64,000 nt of DNA from an uncultured Gemmatimonadales bacterium (GTDB taxonomy: Bacteria > Gemmatimonadota > Gemmatimonadetes > Gemmatimonadales > GWC2-71-9): contig CAWDYU010000002.1 of the NCBI GenBank assembly GCA_963806875.1, positions 145,426 to 209,425 on the forward strand. The letters are read 5' to 3'. The translations under genes were made by a program, and so were the position numbers. The notes below the pieces were generated by a model that had not been told where the DNA came from, made no database searches, and saw only the letters and a program-made list of their open reading frames with translations. How positions within the stretch are numbered: the stretch's first letter is position 1; each line of letters begins with the position of its first letter. Of this stretch, positions 49,477-60,006 are shown in pieces.

Positions 49477-50783
49477 TGGGATTCCCGCACCCGATCCATC
49501 CCCGCGAGACACCGGTGCTGTCGACCCACTTCGGCGATCCCGGTGCGCGCACCTTCGCCGGCTGGACCGAGCGCGGCGGCTACGCGGCGCTGCGGAGCGC
49601 GCTCGGCATGGCGCCAGAAGCGATCGTGGACGAGGTCAAGGCATCCGGGCTCCGCGGCAGGGGAGGGGCAGGTTTCCCGACCGGGCTCAAGTGGTCGTTC
49701 ATGCCGAAGGACACGTCGCGCACCCACTATCTGTGCTGCAATGCCGACGAATCGGAGCCCGGCACGTTCAAGGACCGCGAGATCCTCCGCTGGACGCCGC
49801 ACGCCCTGATCGAGGGGTGCGCGATTGCCGCACTCGCGATCCGCGCCGAGACGACCTACATCTACATCCGCGGCGAATACACGGAACCGCACCGGATCCT
49901 CCAGGCCGCGGTCGAGGAGGCCTACGCCGCCGGTGCGCTCGGTGCGGACGCATTCGGATCGGGCAAGCGACTGGATGTCGTGGTGCATCGCGGCGCGGGT
50001 GCGTACATCTGCGGTGAGGAAACCGCGATGATGAACTCGCTCGAGGGCCGCCGCGGCAACCCGCGGATCAAGCCGCCGTTCCCCGCCGTGGCCGGCCTCT
50101 TCGGCATGCCGACGACGATCAACAATGTCGAGACGCTCGCGGCCGTGCCCCACATCATCACGCGTGGCGCGGCGTGGTACAGTTCACTCTGCCTCGGCAA
50201 TCCCAAGAGCACCGGTACGAAGCTGATCTCGGTGTGCGGTCACGTGCAGCGCCCTGGGACCTATGAGATCACGCTCGGTTTCCCGATGCGCGACCTGATC
50301 TTCGACCTCTGCGGCGGAATGCGCCCCGGGCGCACGCTCAAGGCGGTGATCCCCGGGGGCTCCTCGGTGCCGATCATGACACCCGAGGAGGTCGACGGCT
50401 GCGCCACCGACTATGAGGGAATCGTCGCAGCGGGGTCGTTGCTCGGCTCCGGCGGGATGATTGTCATGGACGATTCCACCGACCTGGTCTACCAGGTGAT
50501 GCGTCTGGCGCGCTTCTATGCGCACGAGAGCTGCGCACAGTGTACCAACTGCCGCGAGGGCACCGCCTGGACGACCCGCATTCTCGAGCGGATCCTTCGG
50601 GGGGAGGGAAAGGAATCCGATCTTGCGCTGCTCATGGACCTCGCCGACAACATGACCGGGAAGACGATCTGCGTGCTGAGCGATTCGTGTGCGACCCCCG
50701 TGGTGAGCGGGATCCAGAAGTTCCGCGCCGACTTCGACGCCTACTTGACCGGTGCCGCGGCACCGATCGCGATCGGGGCCTGA
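49476..50783 (+). CDS. nuoF: NADH-quinone oxidoreductase subunit F
   Basis: GLRGRGGAGFPTGLKW, CNADESEPGTFKDR, and ESCAQCTNCREG. Confidence 0.96.
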   Translation: MGFPHPIHPRETPVLSTHFGDPGARTFAGWTERGGYAALRSALGMAPEAIVDEVKASGLRGRGGAGFPTGLKWSFMPKDTSRTHYLCCNADESEPGTFKDREILRWTPHALIEGCAIAALAIRAETTYIYIRGEYTEPHRILQAAVEEAYAAGALGADAFGSGKRLDVVVHRGAGAYICGEETAMMNSLEGRRGNPRIKPPFPAVAGLFGMPTTINNVETLAAVPHIITRGAAWYSSLCLGNPKSTGTKLISVCGHVQRPGTYEITLGFPMRDLIFDLCGGMRPGRTLKAVIPGGSSVPIMTPEEVDGCATDYEGIVAAGSLLGSGGMIVMDDSTDLVYQVMRLARFYAHESCAQCTNCREGTAWTTRILERILRGEGKESDLALLMDLADNMTGKTICVLSDSCATPVVSGIQKFRADFDAYLTGAAAPIAIGA

Positions 50784-50784
50784 C

Positions 50785-52352
50785 ATGGTGACCGATGAGA
50801 CAGTCTCGGTCACGGTCGACGGTGCCGTGGTGCAGGTGCCGCGAGGCATCACCATCATCGAAGCGGCCAAGCAGGCCGGCGTGCTGGTGCCCCACTATTG
50901 CTACCATCCGTCACTGTCGTCGCCAGCCGTCTGTCGCATGTGCCTGGTGCACGTGGAGAAGATGCCGAAGCTGGTGCCCGCATGCGTGACGCCGGTGGCC
51001 GAGGGCCAGGTGATCTCGGTCCACGCACCGGAGGCCCGCAAGGCGCGCGAGGGGGTGCTCGAGTTCCTGCTGATCAATCATCCGCTCGACTGCCCGATCT
51101 GCGACCAGGCCGGGGAGTGCGAACTCCAGGACTTCGTCTTCCAGGAGGGGCAAGCCCGCACCCGATACAGCGAGTATGCCAAGCGGTACAATCCCGTGGA
51201 AGACTTCGGGGACGACGTGTTGTACGTCCCGAATCGCTGCATCCTGTGCACCCGATGCGTGCGCTTCATGGATGAGATGGCCGAAGAGCCGGTTCTCGCC
51301 GTGGCCGAGCGGGGCGACAGGGCCTACATCGCGATCGACCCGCACGAGCGGCTCGACCATCCATGGTCGGGCAACGTGGTCGACCTCTGTCCCGTCGGAT
51401 CGCTGGTTTCGCGCGACTTCCTGCACCGGGCGCGCGCGTGGGACCTCGACAAGTCGGCATCGATCTGTCCGGGGTGCACGCAGGGGTGCAACATCACCAT
51501 CGAGACCCGTGACGAGGCGGTGGTGCGGCTTCGTCCACGGCCCAACCTCGAGGTGAACCGCCACTTCATGTGCGATACGGGACGTCTCGACTATCGATGG
51601 ATGAACCATGGTGACCGTATCGAGGCGCCGCTCGTCCGCGACCATGACGGACTCGTCGCCGCCGACTGGGACGCCGCGGTGGCCCGCCTCCATCTCCTGG
51701 TGCATGACACCACGGGGCCGGTGGTCGTGCTCACCAGCGGCCGCGCGTCGAGTGAATCACTCGGGTGGCTGATGAGGATGCTGGAAGCGCGCTCGACCGT
51801 GGCGGCGATGAAAGTGCCAATGGGCGATGAGGCGCCACTGCCCGGCGTGCCCGGGCTGGCACTCCGCGCCGAACGCGCCGGCAATCTCTTCGGCGGCCGG
51901 ATGGTTGGCGTGCGTGACGCCTGGTCCGACGCGATCGGCAGGGTCGGGACCGCCGGGCTGGTGATCCTCCACGACGTCGACCTCAACGATGCCGAGGCCG
52001 CCGCGATTGCGGGCGCCACGACCTGGTGCACTTCGCGACTTCGAGCGACGATCGCCTTCGCACTGCTGACCTGGTGCTGCCGGTGACGATGATGACGGAG
52101 GAGCAGGGCGTGTATGTGAACCGTGATCACCGTGCGCAGCGCTACCTGCCTGCCCGCAATGCGCCCGCCATGGCACGCCCGGCGTGGTGGGTCGCTTCGC
52201 GGGTGTGGCAGCATGCCGGCGCGGGCCGGACGGTGCCGGCGACCACGTCCGAGGCGTTCGCGGCGCTGCCCGCGTTTGGTGGCCTGACCCACCGTGACCT
52301 CGGCTATGGCGGCAGGGTGCTCGACGTGGCGTCTGCCAGGGCGGGCCGATGA
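50785..52352 (+). CDS. nuoG: NADH-quinone oxidoreductase subunit G (short form). The frame is broken by an apparent 1-nt deletion near 52021-52023.
   Basis: CYHPSLSSPAVCRMCLV, HPLDCPICDQAGECELQD, and CILCTRCVRF. ...AIAGAT (frame of 50785) continues as LVHFATSSDDRLRTADLVLPVTMMTEEQGVYVN in the frame of ORF 52026..52352. Confidence 0.88.
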
Positions 52353-53587
52353 CGCCGGACATGAAGGGATTCCTGCTCTTCAGCGCGATCAAGCTTGTCG
52401 TGATCTTCACCGCGTTGATGGTGGGCGTCGCGATGATCACGCTGATGGAACGCAAGGTTGCGGGGCTGATCCAGAACCGTCCCGGCCCGAATCGCGCAGG
52501 CCCGGGCGGGCTGTTGCAGCCGGTGGCCGACGGCATCAAGAACTTCATCAAGGAAGAGACGCGGCCGGCCGGTGCCAACGGCGCCCTCTTCATGCTGGCA
52601 CCGGCGCTCTCGTTCGTGCCTGCGGTGATGCTGCTCGCCGTGATCCCGCTGGCGGCACCCCTCCCGCTCGATGTCGACTGGAACCTCCCGCTGATCGGCG
52701 CTGTGTCCTACCACGGCGCGTTGCCGATTTCGGTGGCCGACCTGCCGATCGGTTTTCTCTTCGTCCTCGCGGTCTCTTCCCTGGGCGTCTACGGCGTCGC
52801 CCTCGCGGGCTGGTCGTCGAACAGCAAGTACTCGCTCCTCGGCGGGCTCCGCGCGAGCGCGCAGATGGTCTCGTACGAAGTGGCGATGGGGCTCTCCCTG
52901 ATCCCGATCCTGCTGCTCACCGGCAACGTCTCGTTCAGCGAGATCGTGCGGACGCAGCAGGCCGGACTCTGGTTCGTCGGGCCGCTCTTCCTGTCGTTCT
53001 TCATTTTCCTCGTGTCGGGATTTGCAGAAACCAACCGCTTGCCGTTCGACCTCCCGGAGGCCGAGGCGGAGCTGGTGGCCGGGTACCACTCGGAATACAG
53101 CGCGATGAAGTTCTCGCTGTTCATGATCGCCGAATTCGCGCATGTGGTCACCATCTCGGCGATGGTCGCCACGCTCTTCTTCGGCGGGTGGGACATTCCG
53201 TTCACGAGCTGGGATGAACAAGGCGGGTTGCTGCAGACCATTGCCACCCACGCGATGTTCTTCGCCAAGATGTTCTTCTGGATCTTCTTCGTGATGTGGA
53301 TTCGCTGGACGCTGCCGCGGTTTCGTTATGACCAGCTCATGGCGCTGGGATGGAAGGTGCTGCTGCCGCTCGCGCTGGTGTACATCATGGTGACCGCCGT
53401 CGCGATCTGGGCAGCCGACCGCCTTCTCGGCTGGGGGGCACCGAGGCCCCTCGCCTTCTTCCTGCTGGCGGTCAATGTCGTCGTCGCGTGGCTGGTCTTC
53501 TTCGTCCTCGACCGGGGCCGAGTCATCCGGGGAAGCGATCGGCGGCTGCGCAGCGCAATGGCGGCTGATGCCGCGGTGGGGTCCTGA
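52349..53587 (+). CDS. nuoH: NADH-quinone oxidoreductase subunit H
   Basis: MERKVAGLIQNRPGPNR, GWSSNSKYSLLGGLRASAQMVSYE, and ETNRLPFDLPEAEAELV. Confidence 0.96.
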   Translation: MTPDMKGFLLFSAIKLVVIFTALMVGVAMITLMERKVAGLIQNRPGPNRAGPGGLLQPVADGIKNFIKEETRPAGANGALFMLAPALSFVPAVMLLAVIPLAAPLPLDVDWNLPLIGAVSYHGALPISVADLPIGFLFVLAVSSLGVYGVALAGWSSNSKYSLLGGLRASAQMVSYEVAMGLSLIPILLLTGNVSFSEIVRTQQAGLWFVGPLFLSFFIFLVSGFAETNRLPFDLPEAEAELVAGYHSEYSAMKFSLFMIAEFAHVVTISAMVATLFFGGWDIPFTSWDEQGGLLQTIATHAMFFAKMFFWIFFVMWIRWTLPRFRYDQLMALGWKVLLPLALVYIMVTAVAIWAADRLLGWGAPRPLAFFLLAVNVVVAWLVFFVLDRGRVIRGSDRRLRSAMAADAAVGS

Positions 53588-54093
53588 TGGCAATCGGCGT
53601 GAAGGTGATGAAGCGGCCGGGGTCGGGTGTGTCGTACGTGCGCGCCACGCTCAAGGGCATGGCGCTGACGTTCAAGCACCTTCTCCAGCCGCAGGTCACG
53701 ATGGAGTACCCGGAAGAGAAGCACACGGCCGAGTGGCGGATCGCAACGCGTTGGCGCGGCACCCACCGCATGATGACCGACGAGCAGGGCCGCTCGAAGT
53801 GCGTGGCGTGTGGGCTGTGCCCACAGGTGTGTCCCGCCAACTGCATCAAGCTCGTGCCGGGTGAGGACGAGGACGGCAACCGCTACCCGTTGATCTACGA
53901 AATCGACGAGTTTCGGTGCGTGTTCTGCGGGTACTGCCAGGAGGTCTGCCCGGAAGAGGCGATCCACGTCGGCGTGCACTATGAGAACTCGGAGTATTCG
54001 CGCGAACGATTCGTCTACGACCTCGAACGCCTGTCGGCGCAGACCCATCCGGTGTCGACGCTCTGGGATCCGTCCGATCCCCGAGGCCAGTAG
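53587..54093 (+). CDS. nuoI: NADH-quinone oxidoreductase subunit I
   Basis: Two 4Fe-4S motifs, CVACGLCPQVCP and CVFCGYCQEVCP. Confidence 0.95.
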   Translation: MAIGVKVMKRPGSGVSYVRATLKGMALTFKHLLQPQVTMEYPEEKHTAEWRIATRWRGTHRMMTDEQGRSKCVACGLCPQVCPANCIKLVPGEDEDGNRYPLIYEIDEFRCVFCGYCQEVCPEEAIHVGVHYENSEYSRERFVYDLERLSAQTHPVSTLWDPSDPRGQ

Positions 54094-54657
54094 GTGGACG
54101 TCGTCACGGTCGTCTTCGGGGTGTTTGCCGCGTGGGCGGTGGTCTCCGCGCTGATCTGCGTCACCCGTCGCAGCCCGATCTCATCGGCACTCTGGCTCGT
54201 ATCCACGATGTTCGCCCTGGCAGGGATCTACGTCCTGCTCAACGCGGAGTTCATCGCTGCGATCCAGGTCCTGGTGTACGCGGGCGCCGTGATGGTGCTC
54301 TTCCTCTTCGTGATCATGCTCCTGAACGTCGATGCCGAGATCGGCCCCACCCGGCGACGATACGGGTGGCTCGTCGGCGTCGGGGCAGCGGCGGTCCTCG
54401 GCGCCCAGCTTCTCATGATGCGTGGCTATACCGTACAGCGCCTCGCTGATGAAGTCTCGACCATGCCATCGGGCGTCGACCCGGCGCTGGTGTTTCCCGA
54501 GGGGGCAGCTGCCCGGGCCGCGACGGCGAGTCGTGGCGTGGTGGGCGGCATCGCGGAGCCACTCTTCCAGGCCTACCTGATACCGTTCGAGATCACCTCC
54601 GTGCTCCTGCTCGCCGCGGCGATTGGCGCGGTCGTCCTCGCGAAGAAGAGGCTCTGA
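54094..54657 (+). CDS. nuoJ: NADH-quinone oxidoreductase subunit J
   Basis: Hydrophobic protein with [27 protein letters not shown]. Position in the operon. GTG start. Confidence 0.9.
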   Translation: MDVVTVVFGVFAAWAVVSALICVTRRSPISSALWLVSTMFALAGIYVLLNAEFIAAIQVLVYAGAVMVLFLFVIMLLNVDAEIGPTRRRYGWLVGVGAAAVLGAQLLMMRGYTVQRLADEVSTMPSGVDPALVFPEGAAARAATASRGVVGGIAEPLFQAYLIPFEITSVLLLAAAIGAVVLAKKRL

Positions 54658-54953
54658 TGCTTCTCGGACCGTCGCTGGCCCTGTCTGCGGTGCTCTTCGC
54701 CATCGGTGTCGGCGGGGTGCTGGTACGGCGCAACGCGATTGTGCTGTTCATGTGCATCGAGCTGATGCTCAACGCCGTGAACCTGACGTTCATCGCCCTC
54801 GCCCAGGTCCACGGGATGAGTGGGCAGATCATGGTGTTCTTCGTGATGACGGTGGCGGCCGCGGAAGCCGCGGTGGGCCTGGCGATCATCCTGGCGATCT
54901 TCCGGCATGCGCAGACGGTCGATCTCACCCAGCTCAACCTGCTGAAGGGCTGA
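54657..54953 (+). CDS. nuoK: NADH-quinone oxidoreductase subunit K
   Basis: 98 aa with three transmembrane helices, and [13 protein letters not shown] ... [11 protein letters not shown]. Confidence 0.93.
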   Translation: MLLGPSLALSAVLFAIGVGGVLVRRNAIVLFMCIELMLNAVNLTFIALAQVHGMSGQIMVFFVMTVAAAEAAVGLAIILAIFRHAQTVDLTQLNLLKG

Positions 54954-54957
54954 CCGC

Positions 54958-56928
54958 GTGACCGATTTCGTGTGGCTCGCGGTGGCACTCCCGCTGCTCG
55001 GGGCGATCATCAACGGCGTGATCGCGGTGGTCCGGCCCTCCGCGAAGTCGGCGGTCTCATTGGTCGGGGTCGGGACGCTGGTCGCAGCATTCGGCGTCGC
55101 CGTGATGGTGGCCCTCGAATCCGCGCGCGGCGATGGCGCCGCCACGATCGTCCACCTCTGGCGATGGATGCCGGTTACCGAGCGCCTCGACATCGACCTG
55201 GCGCTGGTCGTCGATCGACTGTCGGTGGTGATGCTGCTGGTGATCACCGGCGTCGGCTCGTTGATCCATCTCTTCTCCGTGGGCTACATGCGCGCGGATG
55301 CCGGTTACGCCCGCTACTTCGCATACCTGAATCTCTTCGTCGCGTTCATGCTGGTGCTCGTGCTCGGCGCATCCCTTCCGGTCTCGTTCATCGGGTGGGA
55401 GGGGGTGGGGCTGTGCTCCTACCTGCTCATCGGGTTCTGGTTCGACGACAAGGCGAACGCCGACGCCGGCAAGAAGGCATTCCTCGCCAACCGGATCGGC
55501 GACTTCGGCGTGTTGATGGCGATGTTCCTCCTCTGGTGGCATGTGGGGACCCTCGACTTTGCGGAGATCGCCGAGCGCGCACCGGCGCTGCTCCCGCTCG
55601 GTGGTGCGGTAGTGACCGGGATCACCCTGTTCCTCTTCCTCGGCTGCACCGGCAAGTCGGCGCAGATCCCGCTCTTCGTCTGGCTGCCCGACGCGATGGC
55701 GGGCCCGACACCGGTGTCGGCACTGATCCACGCCGCGACGATGGTGACCGCTGGTGTCTTCCTCGTGGTCAGGATGGGCGTGCTCTTCACGATGTCGCCG
55801 GTGACCCAACTCGTGGTGACCCTTACCGGCGCCCTCACGGCGTTCCTGGCCGCGACCATCGCGCTGCGTCAATACGACATCAAGAAGGTGCTGGCGTACT
55901 CGACCGTGTCCCAGCTTGGCTACATGTTCATCGGCGTGGGCACCGGCGCGTATACCGCCGGCGTCTTCCACCTCGTCACGCACGCATTCTTCAAGGCGCT
56001 GCTCTTCCTCGGTGCCGGTAGCGTCATTCACGCGATGCACCACGCGCAGCATGCGGCCCACTCGGAACTCGACAGTCAGGACATGCGCAACATGGGTGGC
56101 CTGCGGCGCGCGATGCCCTGGACGTTCCTCCTGATGGGGCTGGCGACGCTCGCGATCGCCGGTGTGCCGCCGTTCGCGGGGTTCTTTTCCAAGGACGAGA
56201 TACTCGCGGCGGCCTTTGCCCGCGGCGACGTGAACATTGCATACCTGGCGAGTTGGGCGCTCGGTCTTGCCGCAGCGCTGATGACGGCGTTCTACATGGC
56301 TCGCCTGATGGCCATGACGTTCATGGGGCGGTTCCGCGGCGGGCCGGCGATGGAGCCGCACCTGCACGAGGCACCGTGGATCATGACCGCACCGCTGGTG
56401 GTGCTCGGTGTCCTCAGCGTCACCGGTGGCGGCCTGAACCTGCCGGGATTCGCCGGAGGTTCCCACTTCCTCGAGCACTGGCTCGAGCCGGTGCTGGCGC
56501 CCGCTGCCGCGCTCGCGACGCCACTGTCCCATCCGCATGGCATGACCGAATGGCTCCTGATCGGCGGTGCGATCGCAGCCGCACTGATCGGCCTGGTCGC
56601 CGGCGTGCGGACCACGCTCGGCCGACCGATTGCGCTCCCCGCCGAACAACCCGCCGAGCGTGGGCTCGCCGGGCTGCTCGCCGCGAAGTATCACGTCGAC
56701 GAGATCTACGATGCGCTCATCGTGCGGCCCCTCCTCTGGTTCTCGACCACGGTGCTGTGGCGGGGGGTCGACCAGTTCATCGTCGACCGCATCGCCGTGG
56801 GTGGAACCGCACGAGTCACCAAGGGACTCGGCTGGCTCGGATCGCGGTTGCAGAACGGTCAGGTTGCGTTCTACGTCGCGATGTTTGCGGTCGGCGCGGT
56901 CATCATCCTTCGCACGCTGGCCCGGTAG
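54958..56928 (+). CDS. nuoL: NADH-quinone oxidoreductase subunit L
   Basis: Antiporter-like subunit with GWEGVGLCSYLLIGFW, KSAQIPLFVWLPDAMAGPTPVSALIHAATMV, and a long C-terminal lateral-helix region. Confidence 0.95.
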   Translation: MTDFVWLAVALPLLGAIINGVIAVVRPSAKSAVSLVGVGTLVAAFGVAVMVALESARGDGAATIVHLWRWMPVTERLDIDLALVVDRLSVVMLLVITGVGSLIHLFSVGYMRADAGYARYFAYLNLFVAFMLVLVLGASLPVSFIGWEGVGLCSYLLIGFWFDDKANADAGKKAFLANRIGDFGVLMAMFLLWWHVGTLDFAEIAERAPALLPLGGAVVTGITLFLFLGCTGKSAQIPLFVWLPDAMAGPTPVSALIHAATMVTAGVFLVVRMGVLFTMSPVTQLVVTLTGALTAFLAATIALRQYDIKKVLAYSTVSQLGYMFIGVGTGAYTAGVFHLVTHAFFKALLFLGAGSVIHAMHHAQHAAHSELDSQDMRNMGGLRRAMPWTFLLMGLATLAIAGVPPFAGFFSKDEILAAAFARGDVNIAYLASWALGLAAALMTAFYMARLMAMTFMGRFRGGPAMEPHLHEAPWIMTAPLVVLGVLSVTGGGLNLPGFAGGSHFLEHWLEPVLAPAAALATPLSHPHGMTEWLLIGGAIAAALIGLVAGVRTTLGRPIALPAEQPAERGLAGLLAAKYHVDEIYDALIVRPLLWFSTTVLWRGVDQFIVDRIAVGGTARVTKGLGWLGSRLQNGQVAFYVAMFAVGAVIILRTLAR

Positions 56929-56931
56929 ACG

Positions 56932-58494
56932 ATGACTGCATTCCTCGCCTCGATCGGCTACGAGCACTGGATCCTGCAGGTCCTGCTGGGCCTGCCCCTG
57001 CTTGGCATGCCGCTGATCCTGGTATTTCCACGTCACATGGCGCGATGGATCGCGCTCACGGTTGCCCTCACCGAACTGGTACTCGGGCTCGGCATCTGGT
57101 GGGCATTCGATCCGGCGAACCCGGCGTTGCAGTTCGTCACCGACGTCGACTGGATCGGACGATTCGGGATCGGCTACCGAGTCGGCATTGACGGATTGTC
57201 GGTGCTGATGGTGCTCCTCTCCGTCATCATGATGCCGCTGGTGGTGTGGGGAAGCTGGCGGGGGATCGACCAGAAACAGCGGGGCTTCTACACCCTCCTG
57301 CTCGCGCTCAAGACCGGGATGCTGGGCGTCTTCGTATCGACCGACCTCTTCCTCTTCTATTTCTTCTGGGAACTGCTCCTGATCCCGATGTATTTCCTGA
57401 TCGGCATCTGGGGCAGCAACAACCGGCTCTACGCCGCCACGAAGTTCGTGATCTACACCTTCGTGGGCTCGTTGCTGATGCTGGTGGCGATCGTCTGGAT
57501 GGTGTGGACCGTGGGGAAGGGAACCGGTACCTACTCCTTTGCCTACGAACACCTGCTGGAACACGCCGCCCTGATGCAGCCGTGGGCGGGCTGGTTGTTC
57601 GTCGCGTTCGCCCTGGCCTTTGCGGTGAAGGTGCCGCTCTTCCCGTTCCACACCTGGCTGCCCGATGCGCACACCGAGGCGCCGACCGCAGGGTCGGTCG
57701 ACCTCGCGGTGATCCTGCTGAAGATGGGCACGTACGGCTTCCTGCGGTTTGCGATTCCGTTCTTTCCCTCATTTGCGCTTTCGGAAACCGTCGGACTGGT
57801 GATGGCAACGCTTGCCGTCACGGGGATCGTGTACGCAGCGCTCGTCGCGATGGTGCAGCCGGACCTCAAGCGGCTCATCGCGTATTCGTCGGTGAGTCAC
57901 CTCGGGTTCGTGATGCTGGGGATCTGGGGGAGTACCGTCGAGAGCGTGCAGGGCGCGATCCTCGTGATGGTCTCGCACGGCCTGTCGACCGGCGCCCTCT
58001 TTTTCGTGATCGGCATGCTCTATGAACGGCGTCACACACGGAACATCGCCGACTTCGGGGGACTCGCGAAGGCCGCGCCGTTGATGGCGGCCGCGTTCAC
58101 CATCACGGCGTTCTCATCCATCGGCCTCCCCGGCCTCAACGGCTTCATCGGCGAGTTCCTGGTGCTGATCGGATCGTTCGGTCGCTACCCGGTGTTGGTG
58201 GGCATTGCGACCACGGTCGTGGTCTTCTCGGCAGCTTACATGCTGTGGGCCACCCAGCGCGTCTTCTTCAATCGGATGACCAACCCGCTCAACGAATCGA
58301 TCGGCGATCTCACCCGCCGTGAGATCGCGGTGCTCGTGCCGCTCATCCTGGCGATGTTCTGGATCGGGCTGTATCCCGGTCCGCTGCTGCGCCGCACCGA
58401 GGGCGCGGCACGCCGCTATATCGAGATGGTGCAGCCGCACCTTCCACCGGCCAGGATGCAGCAGCCCGGCGCCACCGCGGCGGGGTCGCACTGA
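56932..58494 (+). CDS. nuoM: NADH-quinone oxidoreductase subunit M
   Basis: FYFFWELLLIPMYFLIGIWG, FPFHTWLPDAHTEAPTAGSV, and YSSVSHLGFV. Confidence 0.95.
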   Translation: MTAFLASIGYEHWILQVLLGLPLLGMPLILVFPRHMARWIALTVALTELVLGLGIWWAFDPANPALQFVTDVDWIGRFGIGYRVGIDGLSVLMVLLSVIMMPLVVWGSWRGIDQKQRGFYTLLLALKTGMLGVFVSTDLFLFYFFWELLLIPMYFLIGIWGSNNRLYAATKFVIYTFVGSLLMLVAIVWMVWTVGKGTGTYSFAYEHLLEHAALMQPWAGWLFVAFALAFAVKVPLFPFHTWLPDAHTEAPTAGSVDLAVILLKMGTYGFLRFAIPFFPSFALSETVGLVMATLAVTGIVYAALVAMVQPDLKRLIAYSSVSHLGFVMLGIWGSTVESVQGAILVMVSHGLSTGALFFVIGMLYERRHTRNIADFGGLAKAAPLMAAAFTITAFSSIGLPGLNGFIGEFLVLIGSFGRYPVLVGIATTVVVFSAAYMLWATQRVFFNRMTNPLNESIGDLTRREIAVLVPLILAMFWIGLYPGPLLRRTEGAARRYIEMVQPHLPPARMQQPGATAAGSH

Positions 58495-59993
58495 TGCCCA
58501 TCGACCTCTCGACACCGGGCGGCGCCTTGCTCGCCCTGCTCCCGGAGCTCGTGCTCACCGGCTGGGCACTCGTCGTATTGCTGGTGGTCGCGTGGCGGCA
58601 CCGGACGGCTCGCGATTCCCGGTTCGTCGGCGTGTTGTCGATCGTGGGATACGTGCTCGCCCTGCTCGCGACCTCCTGGCTCGCCTGGCGCGGAGCGCGT
58701 GCCGATGGCTTGTCGCTGATGATCGCGCTCGACGGTTTCCGGTTCGCGAGCGATGCGCTCCTGCTCTGGATTGCCGGCGCCGTCGCCGTGCTGTCGTTGC
58801 GGTGGCTCGAGCGGCAGGGAATCCTGGCGCCAGAGTACTACGTGCTGCTGATGCTCGCGACCGTGGGCATGATGCTGCTCGCCGGCGCCGCCGACCTGAT
58901 CACGCTCTTTCTCGGCCTCGAGGTCATGTCGATCTCGGTGTACGTGCTCGCCGGGTATGACCGCACCCGGCGCTCATCCGCGGAGGCCGCACTCAAGTAC
59001 TTCCTGATCGGGTCGTTTGCGACCGGCTTCCTGCTGTACGGCATCGCACTCATCTATGGCGCCACGGGACAGTTCAATCTCTCCCTCATCGGTGCCCAGT
59101 TTGCCGCCACGGAGCCGACACTCATGGCGAAGCTCGGGATGGGCCTGCTGCTGATCGGCTTCGCGTTCAAGGTGGCGGCGGTGCCCTTTCACGCGTGGGC
59201 GCCTGACGTCTACGAGGGCTCGCCCACACCGGTCACCACCTACATGGCGAGCGGCGTCAAGGCAGCGGCGTTCCTCGCACTGACTCGTGTGCTTGCCGAG
59301 GCGTTCCCGGCATACGTCGATCTCTGGCGACCGATCATCTGGTGGCTGGCGGTCATCACCATCCTCGTCGGCAACCTCGTCGCCCTGGCACAGACGTCGA
59401 TCAAGCGCATGCTCGCGTACAGTGCCGTGGCGCACGCCGGCTACCTCTTCCTCGCACTCTGGGCTCACTCGGATGAGGGCACCGCGGCCGTGCTGGTGTA
59501 TCTCCTCGCCTACTCGGTGACCACCGTGGCGGCTTTCGGGATACTCGCGTCGATCGAACGGGCCGGTGCACGCACGGTGCTGATCACCGACCTCGAGGGG
59601 CTGTATTCGGTCCGTCCATTCGCATCGCTGGGGCTCAGCGTCTGCATGCTCTCGCTGCTGGGGTTCCCCGGAACCTTCGGGTTCATCGGCAAGTGGTACC
59701 TCATTTCCGCCACGCTGGGGCAGGGCGAGGTGCTGCTTGCTGTCGTGGCGATGATCGGCAGCGGCATCTCGATCGGCTACTACCTCCCCATCGTGCTGGC
59801 AATGACGCTCAAGCCGACCCGAACCCGCCAGGCGCACCAGACGATCCGCTTTCCACGCCCGGCCAAGATCGCCGTCGCCATCTGCGTGGTCGCCATCCTG
59901 GTGCTCGGCATCTGGCCCAATACCGTGCTCGACTTCGCGACGCAGGAGGCCGTGCAGCTTCGCCGGATCGCGACGCCGATCATGACCCGCTGA
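58494..59993 (+). CDS. nuoN: NADH-quinone oxidoreductase subunit N
   Basis: LGLEVMSISVYVLAG, FKVAAVPFHAWAPDVYEGSPTPV, and AYSAVAHAGY. Confidence 0.94.
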   Translation: MPIDLSTPGGALLALLPELVLTGWALVVLLVVAWRHRTARDSRFVGVLSIVGYVLALLATSWLAWRGARADGLSLMIALDGFRFASDALLLWIAGAVAVLSLRWLERQGILAPEYYVLLMLATVGMMLLAGAADLITLFLGLEVMSISVYVLAGYDRTRRSSAEAALKYFLIGSFATGFLLYGIALIYGATGQFNLSLIGAQFAATEPTLMAKLGMGLLLIGFAFKVAAVPFHAWAPDVYEGSPTPVTTYMASGVKAAAFLALTRVLAEAFPAYVDLWRPIIWWLAVITILVGNLVALAQTSIKRMLAYSAVAHAGYLFLALWAHSDEGTAAVLVYLLAYSVTTVAAFGILASIERAGARTVLITDLEGLYSVRPFASLGLSVCMLSLLGFPGTFGFIGKWYLISATLGQGEVLLAVVAMIGSGISIGYYLPIVLAMTLKPTRTRQAHQTIRFPRPAKIAVAICVVAILVLGIWPNTVLDFATQEAVQLRRIATPIMTR

Positions 59994-60006
59994 CGATGAC
60001 GGCATC

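Noticed and set aside
790-52025. The possibility that the frame breaks are programmed ribosomal frameshifts or a recoding system.
   Set aside because: None of the sites shows a slippery heptamer plus downstream structure. The affected genes (rng, pepA, radA, tsaC, carA, sdhB, nuoG and others) are not known recoding targets. The sites share no common context beyond three G-before-AT cases. Sequence error is the simpler explanation.
55057-57672. Very long antisense ORFs. Examples on the minus strand: 55057..57672 (871 aa), 60367..62532 (721 aa), 29253..31106 (617 aa), 24960..26426, 18209..19549, 52304..53593 and 10364..11545.
   Set aside because: Each lies exactly opposite a strongly conserved gene (nuoL/M, pmm and the UPF0182-like gene, sdhA, M28, gap, nuoH, coaBC). 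Their translations are Arg/Gly/Pro/His-rich low-complexity strings with no motifs. These are typical stop-codon-poor shadow frames of high-GC DNA.
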